In this document: one piece after another, positions 22,701 through 53,700 of the stretch | Numbering within the stretch: the first letter of the stretch is position 1 | Layout of the letters: every line of letters starts with the position of its first letter | Assembly (NCBI RefSeq): GCF_964355755.1 | Contig: NC_092670.1 | Location: 15,672,795 to 15,736,794, forward strand | Direction: 5' to 3' | DNA length: 64,000 nt | From: Antedon mediterranea | Taxonomy: Eukaryota; Animalia; Echinodermata | Position numbers and translations under genes: made by a program | Notes under the pieces: generated by a model | The model's input: the letters and a program-made list of their open reading frames with translations, nothing else | The model's database searches: none | Told to the model about the DNA's origin: nothing

Positions 22701-25700
22701 CTTCGGGCCTCGTAGCCAAAAAGGCTACAAATCAAAGATACTGGTATGAAAATCTAAAAAAGAAGTAAATTTAGAGTGAAAAAAACTTCCTCACCCCTTG
22801 TTCATTCTGGATGGCCTCGACCTTTTTATTAAATTGATCTATCATTCCTTGCTTTCTTTCGATAACAGCGTTACGTTTAACAATCTCTCCTTCACTACGT
22901 GTGATTATTGCATTCTTCTCGTGAATTTGCTGATCAAGATCGTCCAACGTTTTCTTCAGGCGCTCTACACGTGACATGGTGTGCGAGTTCTCTAGCGTGT
23001 CCATTGCTACCTGGTTCTCTACTTGAGCTTTGCTAGATTCCTAAAACATAATTGAGAATTATTAGGATATCAGTCATTCCCTTTTTTGTCTTCTTTTCAT
23101 GCACTATAATATAATGTGTTATTCTTTTGTTTATTGAATATGATTAGACAGTGGTAGTGGTAGTCCCTAAACACAATAATGGTCTTAGACTAAAAAGCAG
23201 TCGGAAGAATGTATAGTATGTACTGTACTCCTGTACAAATTCAAATATTCCAGAATTTTCATATTACATGTAAACGATTGCATCCCTTTTTAATGTATGC
23301 TTATCATATACCCAAGGTATACCACATCGAATGAATACCTTTTCCTGCAATATTATGACCTTTTTGTAGGTCTGCTGTATAGAACTACACACTATTATAT
23401 ATTTATACTTTATAATGTCTACCATACCAGTTCCTTAATAGCCTGTCTGGTCTTGGAGGCCATTCTCTTTGTGTACTGTGATGCTTTGTCAAGTGTCAGT
23501 TTATTTCTCATCGTCTCCATCACATTATCTTCTAATGCTACTTTTTCCTGGAATTCTTTTTCAATCTGCTTACGTAAACCATTCAGCTCATGTACACGCA
23601 AAGTTCTATCCTGAAATACAACACATCAATTTCATTGTAAACAAAGCTGTTTATCTGCAAGTACACACATCGATATTCTCTGATATAGTTTAGTTAGAAA
23701 GTATTTCATATCAGGATTTCGAACTATGTAGGTTAATGCAGTATTAAAGTTAGAACAATGGACAGAGCAAATTGTACATACAATAGAATATGTTTTCCTG
23801 AAGCTTTGATTTGTTAAGCTCTGTTTACACCATCAAACTTTATGTGACAAAAAAAATGTAATGTGCCCATATATGGACATGATAATGTCATATTACTACC
23901 ATATTTGGCCACATCACACTTTTTTTTTCAAACTAGTTTGATAGCGTAGACGGAGTTTATTACAAATACTGTAGTAAAGGCACTCCGAAATGACATGAAG
24001 CTACTGCAGAAACTCCATACAGTAATTACTGCAGTTGTAATTGTGCAATAGTCAATGATACTGTACATACTGTTGTAGCCCTGTTAAGTGACTGTTCCGT
24101 CTCATGCAGCATTCGTGTGTAGGTACTATACTCCTGTTTCAACTGCTCTTGCTTGGCTAGACTGGAAGCAATCAACTTCTTAACAGTGTTGATGTCTGCC
24201 TCGTTTTTGTTCAGCAGGATCAAAAGCATCTCATTACGCTCCTGTTCTTTCGTTATGGACTTCTTGTATCCATCAATCTCTGTGTTAAACGAGAGAATTT
24301 GCTGTCTCTGTTGACTAAAACAATGACAAATTTGAGTATCATCATTTGTATTACATAATGTATTTGTAAAATTGGTCATCTATTATTGAAATTAATTGTT
24401 CATTTCTCTTCACCGTGGGAAATTTATTTCACATGCTTCAGTTAACCCCAAGATGCACCAGTACTTTCCATGAACTAGTCATGAATTTACACTAATACTT
24501 GACCTATGACCCAGGTCAGAATAAAGTTGAATGCATGATTATCAACTTACTCTAGTGCTTCAAGCATAGCGGCATGTGCTTCGTCACGTCTTCTCATGCC
24601 AATCAAACTGCTGTTCCATTGCTGGTAAAGCTGCTTGCGTTCCAATTGAATTGACTAAAATACAGTAAAGAAGGTTAACTTATAAGCTATGACTGCCACT
24701 GGGACATATAATGATATACACATAGTAATACACACAAACATTGCAAGACAATTGTTAGGCATTCTTACTTCAATCTCCATGCGTGCTTCAGTGAGCGCCT
24801 CTGTAGCTGCCTTTGTCTCTTCAGACTGTGCAGCACACTGAGCTTCATGCAGTGCAATTTGCTCCCTCAATTTATCCACATTTTCTGTCAGCCTGTTCAC
24901 ATACAAGTCCTATAGGGGAAAAACAAAATAAAAAGGGTGCAGTCAATTCAATTTCATGACAGTTTTTTCTCTTTATTTTGAATAAACCTCCTTCTATATA
25001 AAGGAATGGAATATGGCGTTTACTATAGTATAAACAGAATATACAACTGTCTTCTTACTTTGTCTACATTATCAAACTAGTTCGACAAAAAAAGTGTGAT
25101 GTGCCCAAATATAGTAATGATATTCCTAAATATGGTAGTGATATGACATCATCATCATGTCCATATTTTGGTACATCACATAGATAGTGTAGGCAGAGCT
25201 TTAAGCAATTAACATTGTTATAAAGGTGTTGATATTATGTAATTAATTTAATTTCTAGTTTAGTACCTGTTTCTGTTTCTCCTCCTCTGCTTTTGTTACT
25301 TCAACATCAGACTTTTCCGCAGCTCGTCTCATAACAGCGATATCTCCCCGTACATCTTCTTTAGCATTGGTCATATAGAACATATGTAGTGCGAGGTTTT
25401 CAACTTCAGTCTGGAGTGCAGACCCTAAATGGAGATTTAAAAAAATGAATGTTACAGTAAATTAGAGCATGTCAACACAGAACATAAAACAGATTGAAGA
25501 AACTCTATGTCATACCTTCTTTTCTTTGTTGGTTTATGTTATCTTGTGTTTTCTTATACATAGTTCTAACCTCTCCAAGCTGCTCTTCACACTGGGAACG
25601 GAACTGCTGCAAGCTAGCTAGTTCATCATGTTTACTCTCTAGGTCCATTTGATGGCGGGCTAGCTTTTGCTGTAGGCCGTACAGATGTACACCAAGCTCT

Positions 25701-28024
25701 TCACGTTCTTTGCCTTTGTTCTTGACGGCTTCGTTGAGTTCACTTAGGTCAAGTTTCACTTTTTCATGTTGCTTTACAAGATGGCTGTTCAAGGCATCTT
25801 GGAATCGTTTCATCAAAGGCTGTAAGAATTAAAATTTAATCATCATGTCATCGACATGCTTCATGCCATGTTTCTTAAGCTCTGTCTACACTATCAAACT
25901 AGTTTGACAAAAAAAGTGTGATGTGCCCAAATAAGGTAGTGATATGCCCAAATATGGTAGTGATATGACATCATCGTGTCCATATTTGGGCATATCACAT
26001 TTTTGTCACATAAAGTTTGATAGTGTAGACAGAGCTTTGGTTTTATACTATACTATTATACACTAGTGCATTTTTGGTAATTGCCTAGTAGATTGACAGT
26101 AGATTGTTGAATACATACATGGTCAGGATCAAGGACAACAAGCTGGTCTTCATCATCACTAGCATCAGAGTCAATGCCACCCTCATCATTGTCACCAAGC
26201 ATATTATCATCGTCATCATCGCTAAGTTCGTCTTCGGGTATTTCTGTTGTCCCATATGTTGGTGTGTCTTGGGAACCTAAGAAAAATTAATGATTCACAA
26301 AATTGGTCATAAATAACAATCATCGAGTGGAAATCAATTTTATTTCACTTACACTTACAGTAGATGGTTCAGGGATATAAATTTATTGAAACATTGTTTA
26401 AAAAGTTTAAATTCGGTTGCCTTACCTCTTGATATGCCACGACCTGGTTGACCTGCAGATGAACGCCTTTCAGCCTCTTGGGGTTGTGAATACTTCTCTG
26501 CTGAGCTTTGCCGCACTGATGGTGGGTTAGGTGAACCGGAAGGTGGGAGTCTGTCACGGCCATCTAGTGAACTTGAAGCTGATGGAATTTTTCCTTTTCT
26601 GGAACCGGGTGAATTGCCTGCACGTGACCCTGGTCGTTCTTCTTCTGCAACTACAGATATGTGCCTGGCCCGATACTAGAAAAAAAACCAAATTACTTTT
26701 ATTATACAGTAACTTGAAATTTTATGAATAACCACTCTACAGATTGTAATAACATTATTCCGTAGGTTTACAGTCCACCACCACTATGTACATACTTCTC
26801 TTAATGCTTGGACATTCAAATCTGACACAGCTTGTTGTAGTGCATTGACTTGCTCGTCATCTAGATCGGAAAAAGAAAAGTACATCATTTGAATATTAAT
26901 AAAACTAAAAAGAATTCAGTTCAGACTATTATTATTCATTGTTTTATCTTAACTTAAAGGCCAGGTGCAGGCAAAACATTTCTATTGATCATACATTCCA
27001 ATAATTATCGATCTATAGTTTCCCCTATGTTTCATAATTTTTGGGATTTTATTTGTGTTACACGAGCTTGTTGAAAATAAGAACTTTCTTATCAGTGGGG
27101 GGATAGTGGTAAAAAATGTTATTAGATGACTAAATATAGGTAATATAACTTGAATATTACATTTCTGATATTTTTATTCAACTTCAGATTTTTATTTTCA
27201 TGCTATAGCAAAAATTATCCACCGTATATCCACCATCTTTTTTTACCGTCTAGGGAGTCACCAGATATGTTATTACATTAGGTTAACTACCTAACTACTG
27301 AAAAAAAGTCTTCCTGGTTTTTATGGAATAATTTTGACAAATTTTGTATTTGACCATGGGAAATTCATGTTTTTTCGTCTTGATTTCTGTTACAAATATT
27401 TGATTTATGTACAATTAACCAAATATTATATTTAAAATTCATGCCTGTACCTGAGCTTTAAGAATACAATAATTGGCATACCTTTCTCTGGTTCAGTGGT
27501 TCCATCTGTTGTGCCATCTTTGGCAGAAGGGCTAGAGAAACAAAAATAATGGTGATTGAGTTGAGGCAATGTTTATCTTATCTATACTAGGCTAGTATAC
27601 AGTATTACTATTAGTAAATAGTATTAAATTATTATTTTAATGAAGAAAAGAATAACATTACATATGCATCCATATCATCATGATACTCAATAAATATAAT
27701 TTTAAACATAACGATTCTTCCTACCCGTATAAAACTTTTGGATTAAGCTAGGCCGGCTAAGTAAAATTTTAGCAGTCATCCGCCGAAATTGTTGGCTGAA
27801 TCTTTGCAGTGAGAATACAATACAACAACAGCCTATTTTGGCCCTCTACTACTCTAGCTAGCAAATATTGCCTAAAATCTAATTAGTACAATGCAAAACT
27901 TATTACCGATATATCAATTAATTTACTACATTAACATTGTATAATTGAAACATATAAACCCCTAATAAAAATATGTTTTAACGTAATATAAAACAAATTT
28001 ATACCTCTCACTTCGATCTGACAT
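19761..28024 (-). CDS. CCDC40: Coiled-coil domain-containing protein 40 (axonemal 96-nm ruler), ~1037 aa, 18 coding exons
   Basis: Minus-strand exons 28024-28005, 27531-27482, 26860-26796, 26675-26426, 26276-26119, 25819-25516, 25424-25267, 24909-24769, 24654-24551, 24314-24071, 23610-23428, 23040-22795, 22608-22395, 22166-21997, 21696-21605, 21367-21058, 20661-20503, 20006-19761 join in frame (3114 nt). An acidic N-terminus is followed by LVVLDPDHPLMKRFQDAL, ELGVHLYGLQQKLAR, QQFWLRQQSELV, ERQIMLWEKKTQLA, GQGEIRAMTSEIHRMEVR, DMEKSVSRRDTI. The small 5' exons are less certain. Confidence 0.9.
21846..21986. mobile_element. MITE family A
   Basis: Same TIRs; about 10 nt from a CCDC40 splice donor. 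Confidence 0.85.
23817..23957. mobile_element. MITE family A
   Basis: Same TIRs with a few substitutions; TTA flanks. Confidence 0.85.
25057..25200. mobile_element. MITE family A, partly deleted
   Basis: TGTCTACATTATCAAACTAG...GATAGTGTAGGCAGAGCT. Confidence 0.8.
25878..26036. mobile_element. MITE family A
   Basis: Perfect 23-bp TIRs. Confidence 0.9.
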
Positions 28025-28410
28025 TGTTGTTAATTGTATCGTTACTATTGGCGATAGTAGAGTAGAGACAGCTGCTGCGACTAATTTACGAACCGCATTT
28101 TCTTTAGCGGGCGGGCGGTGGATGAATAATCCACTCTCCTCCTCCTTTTCGTGCACACCGCGCGCACACTGCACACTCTCCGCACCCTTTCCTCGTGCAA
28201 ACGTTTTTTATTTACTATATGTGATTATTATTTATTACTATTTTGAAATACAATATTATTTACAGTAAAACAAAATTTAAATAGTGAAAAAAGGAAAGTG
28301 TCTCTATGTATAGTTTGAGGGCGCACTTTACTTGGAATTTTGATTATGACGTCATTACAGAATTGTTGCGTTTCACCGGCGATCAGTGAATCCCGTGCAC
28401 GTTGATAAAA
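28025..28410. promoter_or_regulatory. Bidirectional CCDC40/ACO2 promoter region
   Basis: The two ATGs are 386 nt apart and head-to-head. CpG-rich, with GC boxes (GGGCGGGCGG near 28108), a perfect CRE ATGACGTCAT at 28346-28355 and X-box-like GTTACTATTGGCGAT at 28041-28055. Confidence 0.65.
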
Positions 28411-44933
<16,523 letters not shown>

Positions 44934-47620
44934 TGATGTTTTCTAAATATCTACGCATATTCTTAAATTTGATGTGAATAAAAATCATAATGACCATAAT
45001 GGACTTTATTATAAACTTATTTGGTCACAATAATATTACAATATTTGAAATATGTTGTATATGAACTAATAAATTAATGTACAGAAATGAAGAAATTATG
45101 ATTTTCGAGGATTGTTTGTAAGAAAAAAATGTTTAGTTTGTAATGATTGTACTATGTATTGTACAAATAGCATTTTAAAATAATATAATTCACAAGTTAT
45201 TAGGTCACAAAGGTACACTGCTGGAAGTGTGTTTTACAGTAATGGTGTAGCATTTTAAGATATTGTTGGGTCACAAAGTGAAAGGTTGTGTGTTTTTGAG
45301 TAAATTAATTTGCTTGTGTTATGTTTGATATAGGGCATGGTTACAATTTCACAAAGAACTGCAAACAATGATACCAATATCATATGATTTTATAGGAACA
45401 TTTTCTGTCTATATAGGTAGGCATTTATATAGCACTTAATACACAAGTCTATGCATTTTACAAATTGTTTGGAAATGACAAGCATAGGACATAATGAATG
45501 GTAAATAAAAGTTACATAATGCAGTAAACCTACCTATTGTTTTTTTACTGGTTTATTTTTCCATTTATTGTATACAAAAATCATCAACTGAAGTTCAAGA
45601 TGAGCAATTTTGAGTGGGATATTTTTTAATTTGGAATTTACACCAATGCCCTAAGGATTGTTTTAAGGACTGAACATATGACTGACGGGAATGTAAACCA
45701 TCTTCCCAAAGTTAACTATACAACTATAGAGGCCTAGCACTGTCCTTTTGAACATGGACACTTTCCTGTAAAAGAGCAAGTTCTTTATTTGGTACTAAAT
45801 TGTACTGCCAATTCCTATTTAGAGGACAACCCTGTTAATTAAGAGGACACTTTTGGGGTTTCCAAATGTGTCCCTTAATAAGGGTCCCTGACAGCGAAAA
45901 CAGAAAAAGTGGTCCCTATTGTACAACCTCGCGTCATAATCGCTTTACAGACAAGGCACTTTTGACCAATCAGCAGACGACCAATGAGAGAAAGGGCGGG
46001 CAGACGATGCGGCTTAAACGGCGGTGATAGACCACAGCTTTGAATTTCGGACAAAGGTAACATAAATAGATCAATTAATCGATTTACTCTAGCAAATTCC
46101 ATATATAATCTATCGATGGTAAAGGACGAAACTATGTGGAATGTTATTGTAAAACAAGAAAAACAAGAAAGCTTTTAAGGTAGGCCTTATTTTTAAGATT
46201 ACATTGTGTGCACGTCATGCCGACTCCTCAGCTGGCCACGTCGTTGGGAGTGAAGTGCGTCTTATACTTAGCCTATACTTTGAAACTTAGGCTAAGCCTA
46301 CTTATTACCAATAATCAAGATTGGCTGCAGTCTACATAGAATTGTGCAGATGCATATTATAAATGACATAATTTTCGAGAATCATCCTAGAATACTACAA
46401 AATCAAAACTATGGATAATTTTCCTGTAAAAAGAAAAAAAGGTAGGCCTAGCTAGCCACTATTTATTTACTTACACCAGCCTGACTGTAGTGAATTGGTA
46501 TGGTCTCAGTCGACAGCCTAAAACTAAGCCATGAAGTTTGCCACGACTACTAGCCTAGGCTTAAAGTTATTAAATATTATGAAAGGTTTCTTTATAAAAT
46601 AATTAAAAGTTTACAATGTGTCATGGATCGAATGAAGCCTTATTAGTCTTATTCTTGATTCAGGCAAGCTAGGCATAGACATATCATTGTGGTAGGCCTA
46701 ATTAAAGTTACCTACAGTAGCCTGCCAGCATCTAGGTATAGAATGACTATAACTAGGCATTTAACTTAGCCTTCTAGTATAGTAGTATATATTTATTTTA
46801 ATATTATGTTTACCCAAGTCATAATAATCATACTGTATAACATTAAAATATATTGTTGTTTTTTTGGTATTGGAAATAACATTTTTGTTTACAGCATCAT
46901 GCATGATCCAATAGTTACAGACTTCAAATATTGAAAGAGAACATCCAGAAAGTGGGCCTGAGGCAAATAAGAAATAAAAAATCATGAAATAGGTACAGTA
47001 GGTAATACTTAGTTTATTATTACCCATTAATATGTGATAAAACCAAATAGTGTTTGTGGGAAAACGTGACTCGTGACAACAAATTAGTTTTCTTGGCTTT
47101 TTTGTAAAGAAATGCTTTATTCACATAAAAATTTCAGCAAATAAAACAGAATCACAGATGAATATAATTACTGCAATAAGAAATACAATTCAAAACCTTT
47201 GGGGTTGTATACTGGTTAGCAGAAGATTAGTTGGTACTTTAATCAGGGCCATAGCCAGGATCTGTCAAGGGGGGTTCAGACACTAAGTATTTGGGTCACG
47301 GCAATCATTATTATCGTCCTATTATTATAACTTCCTCTTTTTTGACTACTTCATCATTGTTATACTCGTAGTCTTCAATGTAACACAATGAAAGTCTGTG
47401 GGCATGTTAAAACAAATTAAACACAAAACCATTTTTTTTTTTGCATATGATATTATTATAAAAAAAAATACAGTAGTACAATATGCTACACTACACTTGT
47501 AGTAACAAATGAAATCGGGGCATCTGAGGCCCTTTCATAGTGATATTTCTCAGCACAATCAGATAACTGCATAAATAAATAAACATCTATTTTACAAATC
47601 TGTATGATACAACTTTATTA

Positions 47621-47755
47621 AGCTCTGTCTACACTATCAAACTTTATGTGACAAAACAATGTGATGTGCCCATATATAGACAAGATGATGTCATATCACT
47701 ACCATATTTTGGCACACCTTTTTTGTCAAACTAGTTTGATAGTGTGGACAGAGCT
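47621..47755. mobile_element. MITE family A in the BRAT1 3' UTR
   Basis: Same TIRs; ends 22 nt from the BRAT1 stop codon. Confidence 0.88.
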
Positions 47756-47777
47756 TAAGATCAGAAAGTATTCTACA

Positions 47778-50700
47778 TCAATAACAATCAATCAACTGTT
47801 CAGTTCCATCACGAGGTGTTGCTGTAGCAACAATATCTTCCAGCAACAGCAGTGGATTTGTGGAGTAATCGTTTATGATGAGCGATTTTTCATCAACAAT
47901 CTTATCAAAATTGGTGCTTAGCAACTCCATCACAAAATCCAAGTTGGATTTAAAATCGCTAATATCTGTGAACCCTAATTCACATCGCAATTTCTCGCAG
48001 CAGTTACACATTATTATTGATTTATTTATTTTTTGGTTGTGTATTAGTTGTTTCAGATTTTCAATTGTTAATCCATTTGACGTCAATCCATTACGAAGTT
48101 TGATAAGAACCTTACAACACGCTACCCCTACAAGTCTATCATGATCAGATACAGATTCCATTAATTTCTGTAGACCCATTTTATGTAGACACGTTAAAGC
48201 AAATACTAAACAACTTAATCTACTGTGATTAGTTGTGTAATTACAACTCTTGTTCTCATTAGGTAAGAAATCTTTTAAGATAATTTTCATAATATCTGCC
48301 CAGAAGTCTATTGCTTTTATTTTAACTTCCCAATCAATATCACTTAGTGCTTGATTAACAGCAACCATACAAAAATTCCACATGTTTGTGTTGGTAGATT
48401 TATCTATCAGAGTATGGTCTACACGAGGCACTGTTTTATGTTCATCGAAGTTACCAGCATTTTCAATATCAGTTGGAAAAATGTCAGTTTGATTGTCTGT
48501 CCCCTGAAAGTCTGCTATAGCGATGGTAGGCTGTTTAGTTTGGCACACTGTGTTGAAACTTTCGCATGATTCGGGGTTGAACTTAAGAATTATACTTAGA
48601 AAATCTCTGTCATGTGTCAGCAAAGACAAAGATTCAATAGCAGCTCGCCGAGCAAAACCACCATCGTCGGTAGCTACTATGCGACACAACTCCATCAATA
48701 CATCCTCCTGTAAAAAATGATATTACATTACTGTGGTTTGATATGAATCAGCAATAGCAATTAAACAAATATCATGTTATATTACAAACTGCAGTAATTA
48801 TTTTGAACAATATTGTACAAAACCTTGATAAGTTCAGGGATTACTGTATTATATATACATTGCCTTTTAAATCTTACTTATACTATATACCTAGCCTCAT
48901 TAATGTAAATTTATGGCATGATTTCTTGCATACAAATAAAGCCGTGGATAAATAAAAACAAAATATATTGTAAAGTTAAACAAGTCTATTTTTTAAACCA
49001 TGATTAAAAATGACATTAATAAATTTTATGTACTTATAAAAAAAAAAAACTTAAAAATTCAGGCCATCTTTCTGATACTCAAATAAAATATAGATCCAAT
49101 AACATTTTGTTATAAAACATACAAATCCTCAAATACTGAAAGAGCTTTAACAAGATACCTTGGATAAGTTGCATTCTGTGAGAAATGCTTCGGTTAGATC
49201 CTTGCTCAGCAGCAATAATCTACTCATAGAGACAGCTGCAGTTGCACGTACGTAGCTCTCTGTATCTTTAATCCGTTCCCATAAAGACAGAGAAACCTTA
49301 TGTTTCTTAACCCAGTCTACAATATCACCTAAAAAATAAACAAATTAAAATGTACAATCTACATATCAATTTATGGGTATAGACAAATTTATTCACAAAC
49401 ACCCACTTTATTGTATGTGATGGACAAATAAAACCCACACAATAATCCACATAATCTACCCACTCATCAACACATCTTAAGCATTACTTACATATACCAT
49501 GGACCTATCTAATTTATAGGTTCATGCATATACTAATATAAATTTTATTAAGAAAATTGTTATCCACATGCCTGTCTACCCACTTGATACTGGGAATCCC
49601 AGATACCTACCTGTCCATTCGCCCACACAATCTGTCTAATTCTATTAATATTTCAATATGCAGTGCTTAATTTTTGTAAATCTGGAGCTGAATTAAATCC
49701 TTTTTTTAATCTTTACTGCACTTTACATACAGTATTTGCATAATGCTAATACATTAATTATTATTTAAATTGACGAATAAGAGATCTAACTTACATGTTC
49801 CAATACGTAGAACATGATCGATGAAACCAACACCAGAATCTCGTCTTTCCCAATTAGGGTCATGTATCAGCTTCTGGATACCAGAGGCTAGAATATTACC
49901 ATCATCAGTGCTGTACAAAGAGTCTAGGCAACATGCCACTTCTAATGCTTTTGTTAGCAGCTAAAAAAAATTTAAAAAAGTTTCGAAGTTGAAACAAACA
50001 CATTATATATCATTATCTTTTTAAACTTGTTTTTATAAAATCATAATTTTTCTACAGATTTACAAAAAGATATATAAAACATAATTTCTACAAGATCGCC
50101 ATGATGAAATTCAAGTGGAATACATTATGCAATGTCATACACAATTTCAGTTAAAAGGAAACAATTAAGGAAGGCGGAACTGAATGTCAGACTAATTAAC
50201 AGTAAGTAAACACTGCCTTGATTCAATCAGTTTTTTGACTTGGTTCACAATAAATTTAAATTACTCGCGAACAACCAATTACACTTATCTATGAAGATTG
50301 CAACAGTAATTAAAAAGTACTATTAACACATGCTGCTAATTGGTTGTTAGGTAAATAAGAAAACATAAGCTTCAGTCGTTGACGTGATCCTATAAACGTG
50401 AACTTAGCAATTAACTAACAATAAGTAGGTAATATTTCAGTCAGTCAAAGATGTTTTGATTATCAAGTTTAGTACATAGTACGATTCAGTAATCTTTGAA
50501 TAACACACAAATTCGTTTTATTTTATATTGTAATAGAAATACATTCGTAGAAATACAGTATTTGGTAGAAAAGGCGGTCTAAGTTATGATGGTCAGATTT
50601 AATCATAATCATAAAGTGGTAACAATTAAACACCATTATTTTTTGTTTTATTTTCGAAAAGTTTTATTTTTTGTGTGAAAATTATATGCAAAAATAATAT

Positions 50701-53700
50701 TAGGAACAATTAAGTTAAAACCAAATCTTTAGCTGTAAGATTGCAAACTAAAAGAAATTAATTACAGCTTCACGGTTTACATATTTCAGATATTTTTGAC
50801 ACATTATTTATGGAAAGTTATTCTATTTTAAAGGTTACTGTAATAAATCTATGAAAATTGGTTAATTAATAGTTAAAAATTCATATAGCATTCACAAGCT
50901 GAATTTAATTATTAAAATATAATTTTGAAAGTAGTAATTGACCATACGTTGTACACAAACTGAATACATATTTCAAATGGTTGGTATAGTATAGCAGTAG
51001 TTTTAGTATCAATATTTCCTATTCCAAGGAGTTTATCTTTTCAACCCTGTTGGTTTGTCTGTTTGTTGGCTTGCTTTATTTGTGAGCGCCTAGAGGCCAC
51101 AGGTTTCTGATTCTCCCCAAACGTGGCCATAATGATGTAAGATTAAAAATCTTGAGAGAGTTTGATTTATCTAAAACAAGGCGAGATGGCATGAGTTCAT
51201 AAACTGTCTGTATATACTATACTCCCTTATTTGTGTTCCCAGGCAAAAAACGCTTTACTTTCATTGGTACAGAATAAAAATGCCCATGTGTATTAAAGAC
51301 TTGGCATCAAAAAGATGAGGAATATTTTGTCTAAACAAAGTTCATTAGACTCTAGCATGAACCAGTTATATTACAAAAATGCTTCTTTGTTGAACAAACT
51401 ATATTGTTGATAATATTCATAAATCATAAAATTCATCATAACACTCCTGAGCCAAAAAATGAATAATCTTTACCAAGTCAAGCGTTGAGTAAATATTGAT
51501 GCAAGGATAATATCTGTCAAACTTGTTAGAATAATATCAACATTGTCACTTCAGAAAATGAATGAGCTTAAGACAGTTCATTTTATGAACACAAAGAAAT
51601 CATAGTTCTATAACGCATCAAAATTTCATAAATACTTGATGCAGGATCGAGGGAGTGATATGATATCTAATAATTTTTTCTATCTTTCCTAAATCACAAA
51701 TGCAGAAATAAAATACAGTTAATGCATTTCAACATACTGATACATCTGTGTTGGGGTCTTGCACAACAACATTTATAGAACACAGCAGTTGAAGTGGCCA
51801 AGGCATGACTGTAAAACAAAATAAAGAATATATAAAAAACATAAATATATAATTATTGCAAGGTTATTCAGCCTGATAATTGCAAGATTAAAATTTCTCA
51901 TGATTGTTTAATTTTTTTGGCTGAATTTAATGAGATTAATATAAATCAATTAAAGCTAATTAGATAGTCAGTTCTTTCTAATTAGAAAGCTTATTTTCAT
52001 TGATTGTTTGTGTTGATTTTGTAATAGCACATAAGTATGGTCAGAAGAGACAAAATCATGATGGTATAATTAAGTTTCTTAGAAAAGTCTTGAGGAAAGG
52101 TTCACTTGAGGTATAACAACTAGCTTTCATCATAATATAATTATTCAATAACTACTTTTTATTATAGTCATGCTTTCGTATCTAAAAAATACTCAATGTT
52201 TTCATAGATTCTGAGATTATTTATCAGAGCAAGGAATATTATTATCATGCCCTTTACAACAGCGCCTCAAAGAATGCAAAACATTCTTGAAATCAATCAT
52301 TGAAATGGATTAAGAGAAAAAGAAAAGCAATCAGTTTTCCAGAGTGTGTTGCTGTTTATAAATGACATTTTACCATCATAGTAAATCATAATAGGGAAAG
52401 TAGTTTTTTTTTAAATAGTGATTCTGCATACAGATTGTAGTACAGTATTCCAATATGCAGAATCTTCTTTCATATCATTGAACAACACTCAGTATGGCTT
52501 TAACTCAACTGTATCTTTGTTTATGTATTGGTGGATTTTGGAAAAAAGTTATAGAAATTGGTATCAGATTCTATTGTAGTACTGTACTAACCTTTTGTAC
52601 TTTTAGACTTGCATACAATTGCCAGGATATCAAAGCATTTCTTACTCAATTTTGTAGAACCAATAAGAGAGTTCATCAATGGGTTTGGCTCACATTGTTC
52701 ATGTATGCCTTCTAGTAGTTTGACAAGTAACTTCAAAATATGCATTGTCTCTTCCTCTGTCAGATCCATCTAAGTATAGATACGGTAGGAGTTAAGGTGT
52801 CTGTCACAGAATGGTAGAGGAGTATTATAATAGTGCAAGTTCATGGCTGTGAAAAAGAGGACTTTCAGTCTGTTATTGTTGTTGAAGCTTTTTAAATATA
52901 GACTTTTAATTATCATTACATTTTTATTTTATTTTTCGAATTAACCCTTCCAGTTTAGCCCAGTGGGTTAACTGATATTCAGGGACACATCAGTTTTCAC
53001 AATTTAGCCAAGTTTGCCATTGAAAATTTTATGTGAACAATTGAAACTACCCAAAAATAACACTGTCAATCTATATTTTAGAATTCACCTAAAATTCAAT
53101 GAACACTAGTTACATTATGCTTATTATAATGTGCAATAACATTCTTTTTCCTGCTAGTAGTGGTTGCCATATAACCTTTAATAGTGCAAGTTGTTTATTA
53201 TTCTTGACTAAGAAATCAGATCAAATATTCTAAGCTCCTACATGATGCTTTTAATTTTAATCAATACAATATCTCAGATTTGAATGGATACGTTCAAGGT
53301 AACTTGTTGTTTATTCTGATTAATGTAATTAAAAACAAATTTGTGCTGCCATCTTTTGCTGATATTAACCTTCTGAAGGAATTCATTTCTTTTTTAGGAA
53401 CAGTACCCTTAATATGACTTTATAAAAAAAGGGGGAAACCCAGATAATTTCCCCTCAGAGATTTGATATTACGATTTATGTAATTTCACAAGAGGTATTG
53501 TGTAAAGATAGAAATGCCACAAGCAAAATTCAACTCTGATCTGCTGATGATTAGCACAGAAATGAAAATAATCTATTAGACATTCAGAAATTTATTTAAA
53601 AAAGGCATAAAAAAAGTTTTAGATATTTAAAGGCTGGGTAAAAAGCTGATCTATATTTAATTTCCTGCTGTATTTGTTGCCACTATACATCTGACAGATT

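Noticed and set aside
21043-23693. Plus-strand ORFs overlapping CCDC40 exons
   Set aside because: Antisense shadows of coding exons.
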